NCBI RefSeq assembly: GCF_006345805.1
Contig: NC_043009.1
Coordinates: 15,438,001 to 15,502,000 of the forward strand
Direction: 5' to 3'
DNA: 64,000 nt
Source: Octopus sinensis
Taxonomy: Eukaryota
Part shown: one piece after another, positions 13,549 through 24,670 of the stretch
Layout: the number at the start of each line of letters is the position of its first letter
How positions within the stretch are numbered: position 1 is the first letter of the stretch
The notes under the pieces: generated by a model
Databases searched by the model: none
What the model was told of the DNA's origin: nothing
Seen by the model: only the letters and a program-made list of their open reading frames with translations
Translations under genes and position numbers: made by a program

Positions 13549-13934
13549 TATTCTGTTGAAATTAGACAACACAAAAATTACGAGTATTGGTTTCCCACAA
13601 AACTGGGAAACCTATAGAAAGTTTTTCTTCCAAAGTAGTTCAAAACAGCAGTTCAAAAATTCCAATTCCCACCCCCATTCGGGGGAGGGGCACGAAAATA
13701 GTCTGGCAGGACTATGTATAGTCACGTAAATAAAAAGCCACAGTGGCTAACAGTTCAACGGTAAGAAATTATTCAATTATTTCCCGGTAAAACCGGAGAA
13801 CAAGACTGTTCAGCAACGTTTAAAGGCAAATTTTCAGTAGTAGGAATTCAACAATTAACAACACAGCAAAACTCTTACCGGGAAGAAAACGCGTCCACAC
13901 CGTAGTACGGTAAGCAAAGTCACTCTTCTGTCAG

Positions 13935-13975
13935 TGTGGTTAGCAAAGCTACTTACCACACAGCCACTCCTGCAC
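13935..13975 (-). mobile_element. SINE family 1 5' head (A-box half) on the far side of the Tx1 LINE
   Basis: Minus strand reads gtgcaggagtggctgtgtggtaagtagctt, the A-box segment missing from the 8095-8495 copy. Confidence 0.85.
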
Positions 13976-14329
13976 TATGGAAATAATTACAAAAGATTTT
14001 ATTAAATTTTTCTTTCAGTTTAATAGTTTCACTTCATAATTACTAACTACCTTTGCTTTATTCTTAGTTGAAAAAGTCGAAAGGACTCAAACAGGGACTA
14101 ACCGTCGCAAAATTTATTTCATGATCTAATTATTTTGGGCATTTTCTACCTTGTCTTAATTTCCCTATACATACTAACTCGTGTTTGTACGTATATCATT
14201 ATTATTGTTGTTGTTTTCGTCGTTGATGTTGTATATTTTTCCCTTGCTCTGTAAATGTTGTTCTTGTTATTATTATCATTGGTATTACTAAGACTGCAAG
14301 CTGGCAGAATCAACAGCAGGATGGAGAAT

Positions 14330-14500
14330 ATGCTTAGCGCCATTCATCCGTCTTTGTTCATCCGTTCTCCAAGATCGACTTTACTGTTCATCCTTTCGTG
14401 GCCTGCCAAATATGTACCAGTTGAGCACTGGGGACAAGGTAAGCGATAACCCTCCTCCCCGGAAATTCAGGCCGTGCACCTATCATGAAAAAGAAGATCA
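14330..14500 (+). mobile_element. Degenerate SINE family 2 fragment
   Basis: atgcttagcg...gatcgactttactgttcatcctttcg...gtaccagttgagcactgggac...ccctcctcccccggaaattcaggccgtgcacc resembles the array body and the unit-3 tail. Confidence 0.55.
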
Positions 14501-16092
14501 TTATTATATTTTTCCTTCTTATTTATATTGTCTGACGAAAACAGACACTATTTCTAGCTATTTCGTTTTTATTAACTAATATATACACATTCTCGAATGG
14601 TTACTATATCTATGTCCCCCGATGAATGAGAGATCCTGAAAGTTACTAAATAACAGAATACACATATTTCAACGCTCACTATTATATAGCAAAAGTACTA
14701 TTTATCATCGTATTTTATGGCTGTTTCGATAATTTCGATGACCATAAAATGAAAGCGTTCTGATATTGGTAAAAAAAAGTATTTGTTTTTTATATATAGA
14801 TATATAACGACTAATCAAAATTGAAAAATATGCGATCGAACACAGACAAATAAATATACTCACGCATATCACACGCATACACGTGCACATACACACACAT
14901 ACACACATGCATGTACGTATGTATATATGTATTCATACACACACATACATGATATATTAAAGTACAAAATGTAGCTTCCCATAGTGCAAAAAATAAAACT
15001 GTTGTTGTTAGAAAAGTGTGTGGTAAGAATGAGTGAGAAAGACGTGCATATGAGGACTAAATACAGGTACAAACTCAGACACATTCACACACATACAAAC
15101 ACTTTTAGAACATGTAAACACACACAGGTCGATATATGTACATGTGTGAGAGAATGATCTATACATGTAAGGTATGGACGTGTTTAGCGGTTGTTTCTCT
15201 TTCTATCTTTCTTTGTGCCTCACTATTTATCCAGTGGTTCGACCAATGTATCATGAAGTAATTTATTGTAGTGTAGATTTAACATTTATCTATCGAATTA
15301 TCTATATATATTATAAACATTTGTCTTCCTGTGTTTATAAATGTGACACCTTATGTTGTATAAGGCATTTTTTCAGCTATCTATATATGCTAGTTGCCAT
15401 ATTCCTGCCTTTTCATGTAAATTCTAGATGACGCTATGTCCTAAGGATGCATGTTTTGCAACTATCTATATATAATTTCTTCGGAAAAGATATGTAGTCC
15501 TATGGCCTAGATGCGGACTATTCAATCTATATAATATCAAGTGCTTCTCGAATTTACTTATCCTAAAATAGGAATGCGGTGTGCTCCGGCAGGCAATGCC
15601 CATAGACCCTGACATCGAAAATCGAATCTACACAAATAGAGAAAATACAAGGAAAGATTGTGGAAAGTGTAAAGAGGGGAAAAAGGATTAGGCATAAAGA
15701 AAGGAAAAATGACAAACGATAATGAGGGTAAAATGAAATTACTGCAAAATTTCGTGATGCATTGTGTGGTATGACAAACGAGAAAGATGGCGATAATAGG
15801 GAAAGAAAGGGTGTTTTCAAGGAAAAAGAAAGCAAAATATGAACAACGGTGATAGGTAATATCTTACACAAACCAGAATGATAAATCTGGTTAAAGAGTA
15901 TACTTAAGATTTCCTAGGTAAATCAAAGGATTATAGAAGAAATAAATGGCCTGATATTATTAACAGAGTGGAGGGGTGATTATGGGGGGCCTTGTATCAG
16001 AAAATGGGCGTTCAATTTTCTCTTGCACGTACACTAAATATGTGTATGTAACTACACACTTGCAGTTGGTGATGTTTTTTCTTTCTTTGGAC

Positions 16093-16131
16093 ATTTTCGA
16101 CGAACAAAGAGCTATGCTCGAAACGTCATGA
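16093..16131 (+). ncRNA. Degenerate hammerhead-like motif (family A)
   Basis: UCGACGA-ACAAA-GAGC(UAU)GCUC-GAAAC-GUC; downstream ctgagcgtc matches the other two copies. Confidence 0.45.
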
Positions 16132-16178
16132 GACTTCTCTTTCTACTGAGCGTCAACTTAATACATTTTTGTACACAT

Positions 16179-16368
16179 AGGCGCGGGAGTGTCTGTGTGG
16201 TAAGTAGCTTGCTTATGAACTACATGGTTCCGGGTTCAGTCCCACTGCGTGGCAACTTGGGTGAATGTCTTCTACTATAGCCTCGGGCCGACCAAAGCCT
16301 TGTGAGTGGATTTGGTAGACGGAAACTGAAAGAAGCCTGTCGTATGTATGTATGTATATTGTCGTATG

Positions 16369-16423
<55 letters not shown>

Positions 16424-16662
16424 TTGTGTGTCTGTGTTTGTCCCCCTAGCATTGCTTGACAACCGATGCTGTTGTGTTTACGTCCTCGTCACCTAGCGGT
16501 TCGGCAAAAAGAGACCGATAGAATAAGTACTGTGCTTACAAAGAATAAGTCCCGGGGTCGATTTGCTCGACTAAAGGTGGTGCTCCAGCATGGCCGCAGT
16601 CAAATGACTGAAACAAGTCATAGTAATAGTAAAAGTAATAGTAAATAGTAATAGTAAAGTAA
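16179..16662 (+). mobile_element. tRNA-derived SINE family 1, full length
   Basis: A-box-like gtgtctgtgtggtaagtagc, B-box ggttcagtccc, CORE-like cttgggtgaatgtctt, internal (TA)n, conserved 3' body cacctagcggttcggcaaaaagagaccgatagaataagtac, tail of agtaa repeats. Confidence 0.92.
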
Positions 16663-16739
16663 ATCTTATAGCTTGTTTGTTATTGTTCATTTTATAGTTT
16701 ATTTATTAGATTTAAATTGAAATATATATATATATTTCT

Positions 16740-17308
16740 CTGCGGTCACCAAGGCGTTTTACATTCTGTTCGTCACTGTGTACCTCGGGAACAGACTTTG
16801 TACAAAGTTTGCAAATGTTCAGATCTTCATGAACAATTCTTTATGAAAATTTGCAACACAAACTCGAAACTGTATGCTGATTGCCATTATGTACACACAA
16901 TGGTCTTCTTACACAACCTTATGGATTTTCTCAATGGCATCAATTGTCCTGGAGACCATCTCTCTTTCACGCCGCTCATTGTTTCTTATCTCCACTCTGC
17001 AATACTTGAAACGCTTGTGCCAGCGAAAGTCAAATGCTCGGCTTCATAAGCAGTCCGGATCCTTTCATAAGTTTCTGTAACATTTTTACCCAATTTAACA
17101 CAAAATATTTGGACATAGCGAGTTTCCAGATGGTCTGTCACCTAGTAATCTGTGACAAGCAATGTTTAGTAGGATATGTTCAATGTGTTGTTTCAGCCAC
17201 CCCCTTCAATCTTGTATTAATAATTGACAAGTTACATTATTAGATGTATAGAAATGATATAAAAAATTGCAGCCAACAAATGTTTCTGAATTTTTTTACC
17301 ACCTCGTA
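16740..17308 (-). mobile_element. Mariner-family DNA transposon remnant (one TIR plus transposase N-terminus)
   Basis: Minus strand reads RYVQIFCVKLGKNVTETYERIRTAY...WHKRFK..RV..NER..SRT..IEKI..VV.ED...IVHEDLNICKLCTKSVP.VHSDEQ..R. TIR-like TA|CGAGGTGGTAAAAAAATTCAGAAAC ends at 17306-17308. Confidence 0.85.
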
Positions 17309-18153
17309 TATGCTTGTGTGCATATACATGTGCCTGTGATTGTATGTATAAATATACATCCCTGGTTGCGTCGTAAGTGAACGGGTTTCACGGCACATAA
17401 GGAGAACTCAAAGCTAGTTTACGAGGTGATTTTTCCAATGAGTTTTATGAAAAATGTTACGGGTGTATTTTTTTCTAAATATTGTTAATGTAGATTATAG
17501 AAAGAGTGGATAAACATATAAAAACGCACTATTACGTGTGAGTTAATGGCAATGATTTTACGAAAAATTCAAGGCAGATATTTCTGAAATGCTAAATTCT
17601 ATTGAAATCTGTCAGCGAATATTAACTACTTGTAACAAAATATTTACTACAATGAAGTGTTTGCTAATTTTGAATGCCAAAACGGAGTAAGAAATTAACA
17701 TTATACATATATGGATTAGATCTCAGCAATGATACGCTATAATGATTAAATATAAAGGGAAAAGAAATCATAAAATTCAAATTTTCAGAGTTTAAATAAC
17801 GAGCAACGAGTAAATATTTCAATAGATAAGACTGAATGTTCAAGTAGTAACCAAATTTATCTGATTAGTGATATTTTAGTTTAAAACTAGTATAGGACAC
17901 GTGAAAGTAAATGGAAAAGAATCAAGAGAAATTTCTATAGATGCTTTCAAGCTAATCATATTTTTTACAGCCTCCTCCCACCAACAAAAAATAACAACTT
18001 ACACTGATTGTTCAGAACTGAAAAAAACATCAATGCTTATGATTATTGTTGTAAGACCGTTAGGTCACGTACAATGTTCTCTACGGATATGGACTATATA
18101 TTTTCCAGCCAGTAATATTGGAATAATATATATGCACACACACATACATATAA

Positions 18154-18242
<89 letters not shown>

Positions 18243-19039
18243 AATGTATATATATATATATATATATTTATACAATTATATTATTATAATTATTAGGGAA
18301 TATTACTTCCGAATACACAGGAAAAAGACATTCAAATTAGGTATATTTAAATGAACATCTCTTCATGCTTAATTCCTATATGTAAAAGTAGTTTTAGAGA
18401 CAAAACCACCTTCAAATACATCAACACTGAAAGATTTTATAACCGACCACTCCATAAAATTTTAAATATTAAATCATATACTAACTATATCTATTCTGAA
18501 TCCCGTATTTCCGTTTAAACGACTAGACGAGTTTCATCAAAGTACGTCGGTATTGATTAGATACGAGGTATCTAGTTTCAATACTTAATCGGATCGACAT
18601 ACTCCCAATCTTCAGGTCTGGATTCTTATATACTTCCATGATACACTATATCTTCAATATAATCTTACTTAACATATAGAAATGAATAGAAATACAAATG
18701 ATAAATGAAAATAACTGAATATAAAAAATTTAAGGAGTAAAAATTTAAGGAATAAAAATTCAAGGAATAAACGCTCAAAGAAAAAACTTTAACGAGGAAA
18801 AAATACCAGTAAAAATTACAAATAAAAGTTACGAATAACGAATAAAGAATTGCGAATAAGCAAATAGGAAATAAAAACGAAATAAGAATGACGAAATAAT
18901 AATGAAATAAAAATAGAGACGAAAATAAACGAATGTTAACTTATCGCCGAGGAAAGAAAAGATAAGTTAACATTCGATAAAAAATACACTCAACCATAGT
19001 CTCACAATACATAGACATAAAACCTCCAGCGTTCATAAC

Positions 19040-19352
19040 ATCTACATACGTACACACTCACACAAACATGTATATGTACATGCACATACACACAAAGATA
19101 TATGTGCATGTACGTATTCATACATATACACATATCCACACACACGCGCACATATATACATATATATGTGTGTGTGTGTGTGTGTACACGCAACTTCATC
19201 CTCATATACGCATATGTGTATGCTTGCATGCACATATATATAGACCTATATACATATATATATATACATATATATATATACATATATATATACATATATA
19301 TTGACATTTATCCATATAAATATATATATATAGACATAGAGATATATGTATG

Positions 19353-19417
<65 letters not shown>

Positions 19418-19600
19418 GGCATACATTCACCATCCAGCATATACGTATATATATATGTGTACATCCTCCTGTCACATACCGCCAGGCGCAGACATGTAAG
19501 CATATGCATATCCGTATTAAAGAATAGGAGGTGTGCATGAAACTCGCACATATGTACACTCATATACATATATACATACACATACACTCACACACGTACA
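19040..19600. repeat. Compound (CA)/(TA)/(TG) microsatellite
   Basis: Direct reading. Confidence 0.9.
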
Positions 19601-19699
19601 CATTCACACAAAAAGAAAAATATAAAGAATATATATAAAACAATAAAAAAAATGTGAAGGCATATGGAAAGTTTGTGCAGGAACAGGTTAACAAGGCGG

Positions 19700-21700
19700 A
19701 TTCTATCCGTGATCCAAATCCGTAACCGGTATTTTGTTATATGCAGACATGATCCAAAATTTCAGTACTTCAATTTAGGCATGTAGCGAGGACCAAGGAA
19801 GTTTCCAGATGAGCCATCTTTCCATAACACAAAGGCTGCACTTACCACTACCGTTCGTATAAGATTTACACTTGGCCAAGACCTTCCAGTAAATCCTATA
19901 GCTGACACCTCATTCTTTTCAGAACTACATATGACTGGATTATTTGGTAGTTTTTCGTTTATCCCAGTTTCTGAAGCTTAAGGTGTGGTTGTTGAATCTT
20001 GCTTTAAAATTTCTCTCCATGAGACCCACATATTTCTTTGACGAAACTGTGTTATTTGCGTTCGTAGAATTCACGGTGGCTTCATAATTAATGGCCTCGG
20101 TCATACAGTCTCCATTTAGTGGGTACAAGCCTTTATCCCTGCAGGAACAGCCGGCTTCGTATTGTTGCTTTGCGTTGTGTGCAATTATGTTTTTAAAACT
20201 TGGGGTTGAACTAAAACTAATTTTTACGTTATGACTATGATTGAGTTTCCTATATTCATGATTTATTGGAAATTGTCCATCTGTAAGTGATAAGAAATAT
20301 TTACCTATATTAAAGGTCACTTCGGAGGAGTGAGGCGGTGTGAACCAAGTAATTTTCTGTGTCAGTGTTTTCTTTTCTTTATTCTGGCCTAATAGCAGGT
20401 GTGTAAGTTAGTTCCTCTTTAAATTCACTAGTTTTAAGGGCTTTGTTATATATTGGGACTGCATTATTAAATATGTTTATATTGTAGAAGAGGCTAGAAA
20501 TTCTCGTACTAATATTCTTAACGAAATTCTTAAATACTATGGTGGTGGGGTGATAGGAACCTACATTAATATAGCTAAGTCTATCGTTAGGCTTTCTATA
20601 GGACTTATAAATATTCTTTTGTCAAACCAGAGATCTCTCAAGGAAATTGACAACCATCTGGTTAGTATCTATTATTATGTTAAGATCGAATGTTTTCATG
20701 AGATGGATAATATCCTTCCTTAACCGATCTTGCGCTGGTCCATTGCTATTCTTAGCTAAAGCTAGAACGTCACCCCTATAAATAACGAAATATACACCAG
20801 GGAAAGCTTTTCCTAACGTGTCAAGCCGGTATAGCCCAACGAGATCGCATATGCCTGCTCCATCATAGGACCCCATGCTCACATCGAAAGCACCCTCTGT
20901 GTCAGCTGTTTTGACCCACTCTGTGTTCTCGCTGAAGGGTAAAGTATTTCTACCACGTATCTTGTTCACTAATCTCTGTAAAATCGCTTGCGAAAGTGAG
21001 GGCTGTATCTAGCAGTTTTCTAGAAATAGATGCATAGAAATCTACAATATCAACTTGTGTAAATCTTCCTTTATTCTTATTTCTCATTGCTTTAAACCAG
21101 CTAACAACTTCTATACTATTGGACCAATATACTAAATTAATTTTCCCCCTAACTTTAGCATTGATTTTTCTTAAACTTTCCTTACTAATTATACCAATTT
21201 CTGATTTTGCAGTGTTAATTAGTCTGCATTTAGCATTAGATAGGACGTTCTTTTTATGGCCCTTAATAGTTATAAAGGCCTCCTTTTTGGAAGGATCTCT
21301 GTTATTTTTATCTAATTTAAACCTAGCGGCGATGATACTAGCTTCTTTATTAATGTCATAAACTTGTGATCTAGCTTTAATGTAATTACTAAGAACATTG
21401 TTACGTCGGAGTTGTGAGTATGTGCTGTTGTTTATAAGGTATACGTTCTTGGTTTTATCAGAAAAAAGTGCCATTTTTTTTTACCTTTCATGATTCTAAT
21501 GTCTTTTTTCAGTTTCTCTGGAAAAGTGCTAAAGGACTTATGAAATTTGGTTTTGTTTATAAGCTTCAGTAGATATGTTCCTAAGTCATCTAAGTCCTCG
21601 ATTTTGGAAGACAAATTCTTTGATTAGATTTCGTGGTATATATTCTCTCTGGTAGACACTTCAATGCTATAATGGAAGGCCTTCTATCTCATTCGCTTAA
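19700..21700 (-). mobile_element. Penelope-like element (RT plus GIY-YIG endonuclease), decayed
   Basis: ORF pieces: KEAFITIKGHK..KCRLINTAKSEIG..W..VVSWFK..FTQVDIVDFYASIS; FDVSMGSYDGAGICDLVGLY..YRGD; NFLERSL; YEATV..KYVGLMERNFKARFNNH..F..K..T.LS; downstream YWKVLAKCKSY..GKCSLCVME. Multiple stops and frameshifts. Confidence 0.92.
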
Positions 21701-21738
21701 TAAGATACGTATTTTTTCCCATTTTTTATTTTATTCCT

Positions 21739-21965
21739 TTATTTGTTTCAGTCATTTCAATGCGGCTATGCTGAAGTTTCACCTTCAGTCGAAGAAATAG
21801 ACCCAAGGACTTATTCTTTGTAAACCAAGTACTTATTTTATCGGTTCTGTTTAGCCGTATTTCTAAGTTACGGGGACATAAACACACCTTTATTTGTTGT
21901 CAAGTGATGGTGGGGGGACAAACACAGACACATAAACATATACATATACATATACATATACATAC

Positions 21966-22046
<81 letters not shown>

Positions 22047-22203
22047 CGACGGGCTTCTTTCAGTTTCCGCCTACCAAATCCACTCATAAGTCTTCGGACC
22101 GCTCAAGGCTATAGAAGAAGACACTGCTCAAGGTGCCACGGAGTAGGACTGAACCCGGAACCATGTGGTTGGTAAGCAAGCTACTTACAACCACACAGCC
22201 ACT
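21739..22203 (-). mobile_element. tRNA-derived SINE family 1, full length
   Basis: Reverse complement of the 16179 copy, with head catgtggttggtaagcaagctactt...ccacacagccact and ~115 bp internal (TA)n. Confidence 0.9.
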
Positions 22204-22217
22204 TTTGCACCTTATAT

Positions 22218-22286
<69 letters not shown>

Positions 22287-22579
22287 CTTGAGGAAGAGTT
22301 AGAATCAACTTCGTGTACTGAGAGAAATGCATTATTTTATCTTCATGCTCATAGTTTATTAAATTTGCTTATCAATTGCATTTTGAAAAGCGAAGTTCTT
22401 CATAATCTCATATAGTTACTATTTCTGTCACGTTGGTACCGAAGCGGTAAGACGAATCAAGAATCTGAGACCTATTATAACTTACAATACATTAACATAG
22501 ATTAAGTTATGAAGGTTATAGAATTAGAGAGATGGAATGCATATAGGAAAGTCAGCGTTCGCATACGAGTCTCCAAGAT

Positions 22580-22640
22580 TTTCAGGAACTTGAACACTCG
22601 GTGATTTGAGAGTGTAATCACCACTAGGCCAGATCGCCGT
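22580..22640 (-). mobile_element. Degenerate tRNA-like head (SINE or tRNA pseudogene)
   Basis: Minus strand has A-box tggcctagtgg and B-box-like gttcaagttcc at tRNA-like spacing. No intact cloverleaf seen. Confidence 0.45.
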
Positions 22641-22964
22641 TACGTAAATACACAAGGCCCATACGATGAGTATGTATAGTCAATAATATCTATTACACTA
22701 GCGCTGCCTCTACTTCATATTTGATCTGATGATCTGCAGATTAATTGCGTAAGTAAAATTGCAGAATTTATTAACAGTGAAATAATCGTATGGGGTTAAT
22801 TTATGGGGTTATATTTTTGTTATTTTTCATTTCTCCTGCTCGCTTACGTTCATAGTGTGCTAAACTTTTCTTGAGAACAATTCTTAGTGGTTGAGACTCA
22901 TGCGGATCTCTCTTTAGTGTAAGGGCGTCCACATAGTGGATTCTCTCTCATATTTGTATATATA

Positions 22965-23015
<51 letters not shown>

Positions 23016-23139
23016 CACGTTCTTTAAACATCAGGAAAGAGACTCTATGTAACTATATTTATGTAAACTCTTGTCAGTTTACGTATGTAAATCACGGCAA
23101 TGAGCTGTCAAAATCTTTACCATACCGGAATATTGCTTA

Positions 23140-23310
23140 GCAGCATTTCTCGTGACCTTACATCCTGATTTCAAATGACTCCACATTCGATTTTGCTTTT
23201 TATATTTTAGGAGTCGATAAAATAAGTACCTGTTGAATACTGTGGTTTATGTGATCATCCTATTCCTTCCCCTAAAACTGCTGGCCTTAAGCCAAAATTT
23301 GAAAAAAAAG
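23140..23310 (+). mobile_element. Degenerate SINE family 2 fragment
   Basis: ttcgattttgctttt..ttaggagtcgataaaataagtacctgttgaatactg...ccttcccctaaaactgctggcctt. Confidence 0.55.
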
Positions 23311-24670
23311 TGTATGTATATATGAGATGGTGTGGATGTGTGACCAGCTACGAATACTATTTGCTAATTTTATTCATATAGCTACTTCATAGCATTTTAC
23401 TTATGCTGATAGCTTCTTAAGATGTGACTTTCGTGTTTCAAAATTAAGTAGCTATTTGAAAACCATTTTCCCTTACAAAATATCATTTACATGAACGCAT
23501 CAGAAAAACAGTTTCAATTTATGTTCTTATAATTACATTTAGCTCTTAAATACCATTTCCCATACCAAACTTTTTCTGCAATAATGATTCTATTAGATAA
23601 CATAGATTTTTCTATTTGTGATACTTCCGGTCTAATTTTTTATTGGTCTGTTAGCATTAAACATTTAAATTTGTTCACTTTTTTGTATATAGATTTTCGT
23701 TTTAAATCGACTTTCAATTATGTGTGCGTATGTGTGTGTGTATGCACATATATTTATCTGATGATATATAGCCGTATCATAAACTACCTCAAATCTTACA
23801 TTGAATATATATGTTGCTTTCACTATTATATGCGACCTCTCGTCTTTCAACATCTGTATTAGGCTCGTTAGGTTTACACGTATTAGACATTTTGATGTCA
23901 ATGATCCACAAATATCTGTCGAGATAACATGCAAGTATTTTCTGAACCATGGGCCTTGTATGTAGTAATCGCTGGCAATTCATGTCAGCGGATGGCATTG
24001 AATATTGTTTAAACCAAAAAACGTCGAAATGGGTATTAGTAAACTTATGACTATTTATATGTCGTCTTCTACTGACAATTTCATTTGCATTTTTATATCC
24101 CAAGTTTTTTGCCGCCTCTTTTAGTGACTATTCCGGAGTCATCATCAGCTCTGGATACTATAAAATGTAGATTCTCTTGTACTTCTGACATTTAATAGTA
24201 TCACAATCTTCCAGTTTAATGGAATCACATCTATACATAAAATATTTGTGGAATATAGAGGGTTTCCCTTCGATTTCTTTAATCTTTTATCAATGCAAGC
24301 TGGATAGTTCTTCATTCTCACGAGAGGTAATTAGGAGTTCCTCACCGATAAGCTGTATGTCATTTTATTCTTATTTGATCCTTTCATTAATGCGTTTCTG
24401 AACAGTTGCCTGAGCTATAATATAAGGACCCCAAAACGCCTTTGCGCCGAAGCACAGCGCACGTATTTTTTTTTGCGTGTGTATATGCATAAATGAATAT
24501 ATGAATATATGTATGTTTGTCGGTTCTTTTTTGAGTACTTTTGCCAATGAAGGAGATGGTTTACAACAAAGAAACAAAGTTCCGTCGTGAAATTTTGGAG
24601 AAAAGGATAGGGCGTTATATACTTCGAGCAATAGAAAGGAATTGCATTTACTATTATTGTTACAGTTTCT

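Larger units (their letters stand above)
8496..13945 (-). mobile_element. Near-full-length L1/Tx1-clade non-LTR retrotransposon (~5.45 kb), inactivated by point lesions
   Basis: 5'UTR, ORF1 with CCHC knuckle, 17-nt spacer, ORF2 (APE endonuclease-RT-C-terminal Cys/His motif), ~230-nt 3'UTR ending ...atgaaata. Flanked by duplicated aagctactt (8487-8495, 13946-13954) inside a SINE head. GC content is much higher than in the flanks. Confidence 0.95.

Noticed and set aside
14616-14650. CCGATGA...GAAAGTTA hammerhead-like string
   Set aside because: No credible stem II or helix III pairing; single copy.
18540-18620. Minus-strand CCTGAAGA...GAAACTAGAT hammerhead-like spacing
   Set aside because: The UH triplet and stems I/III cannot be built convincingly.
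17901-19587. Many YI/IY- and HT-rich ORFs here and throughout (e.g. 26426-26883, 30657-31214, 38526-38960, 63639-63994)
   Set aside because: Microsatellite artefacts.
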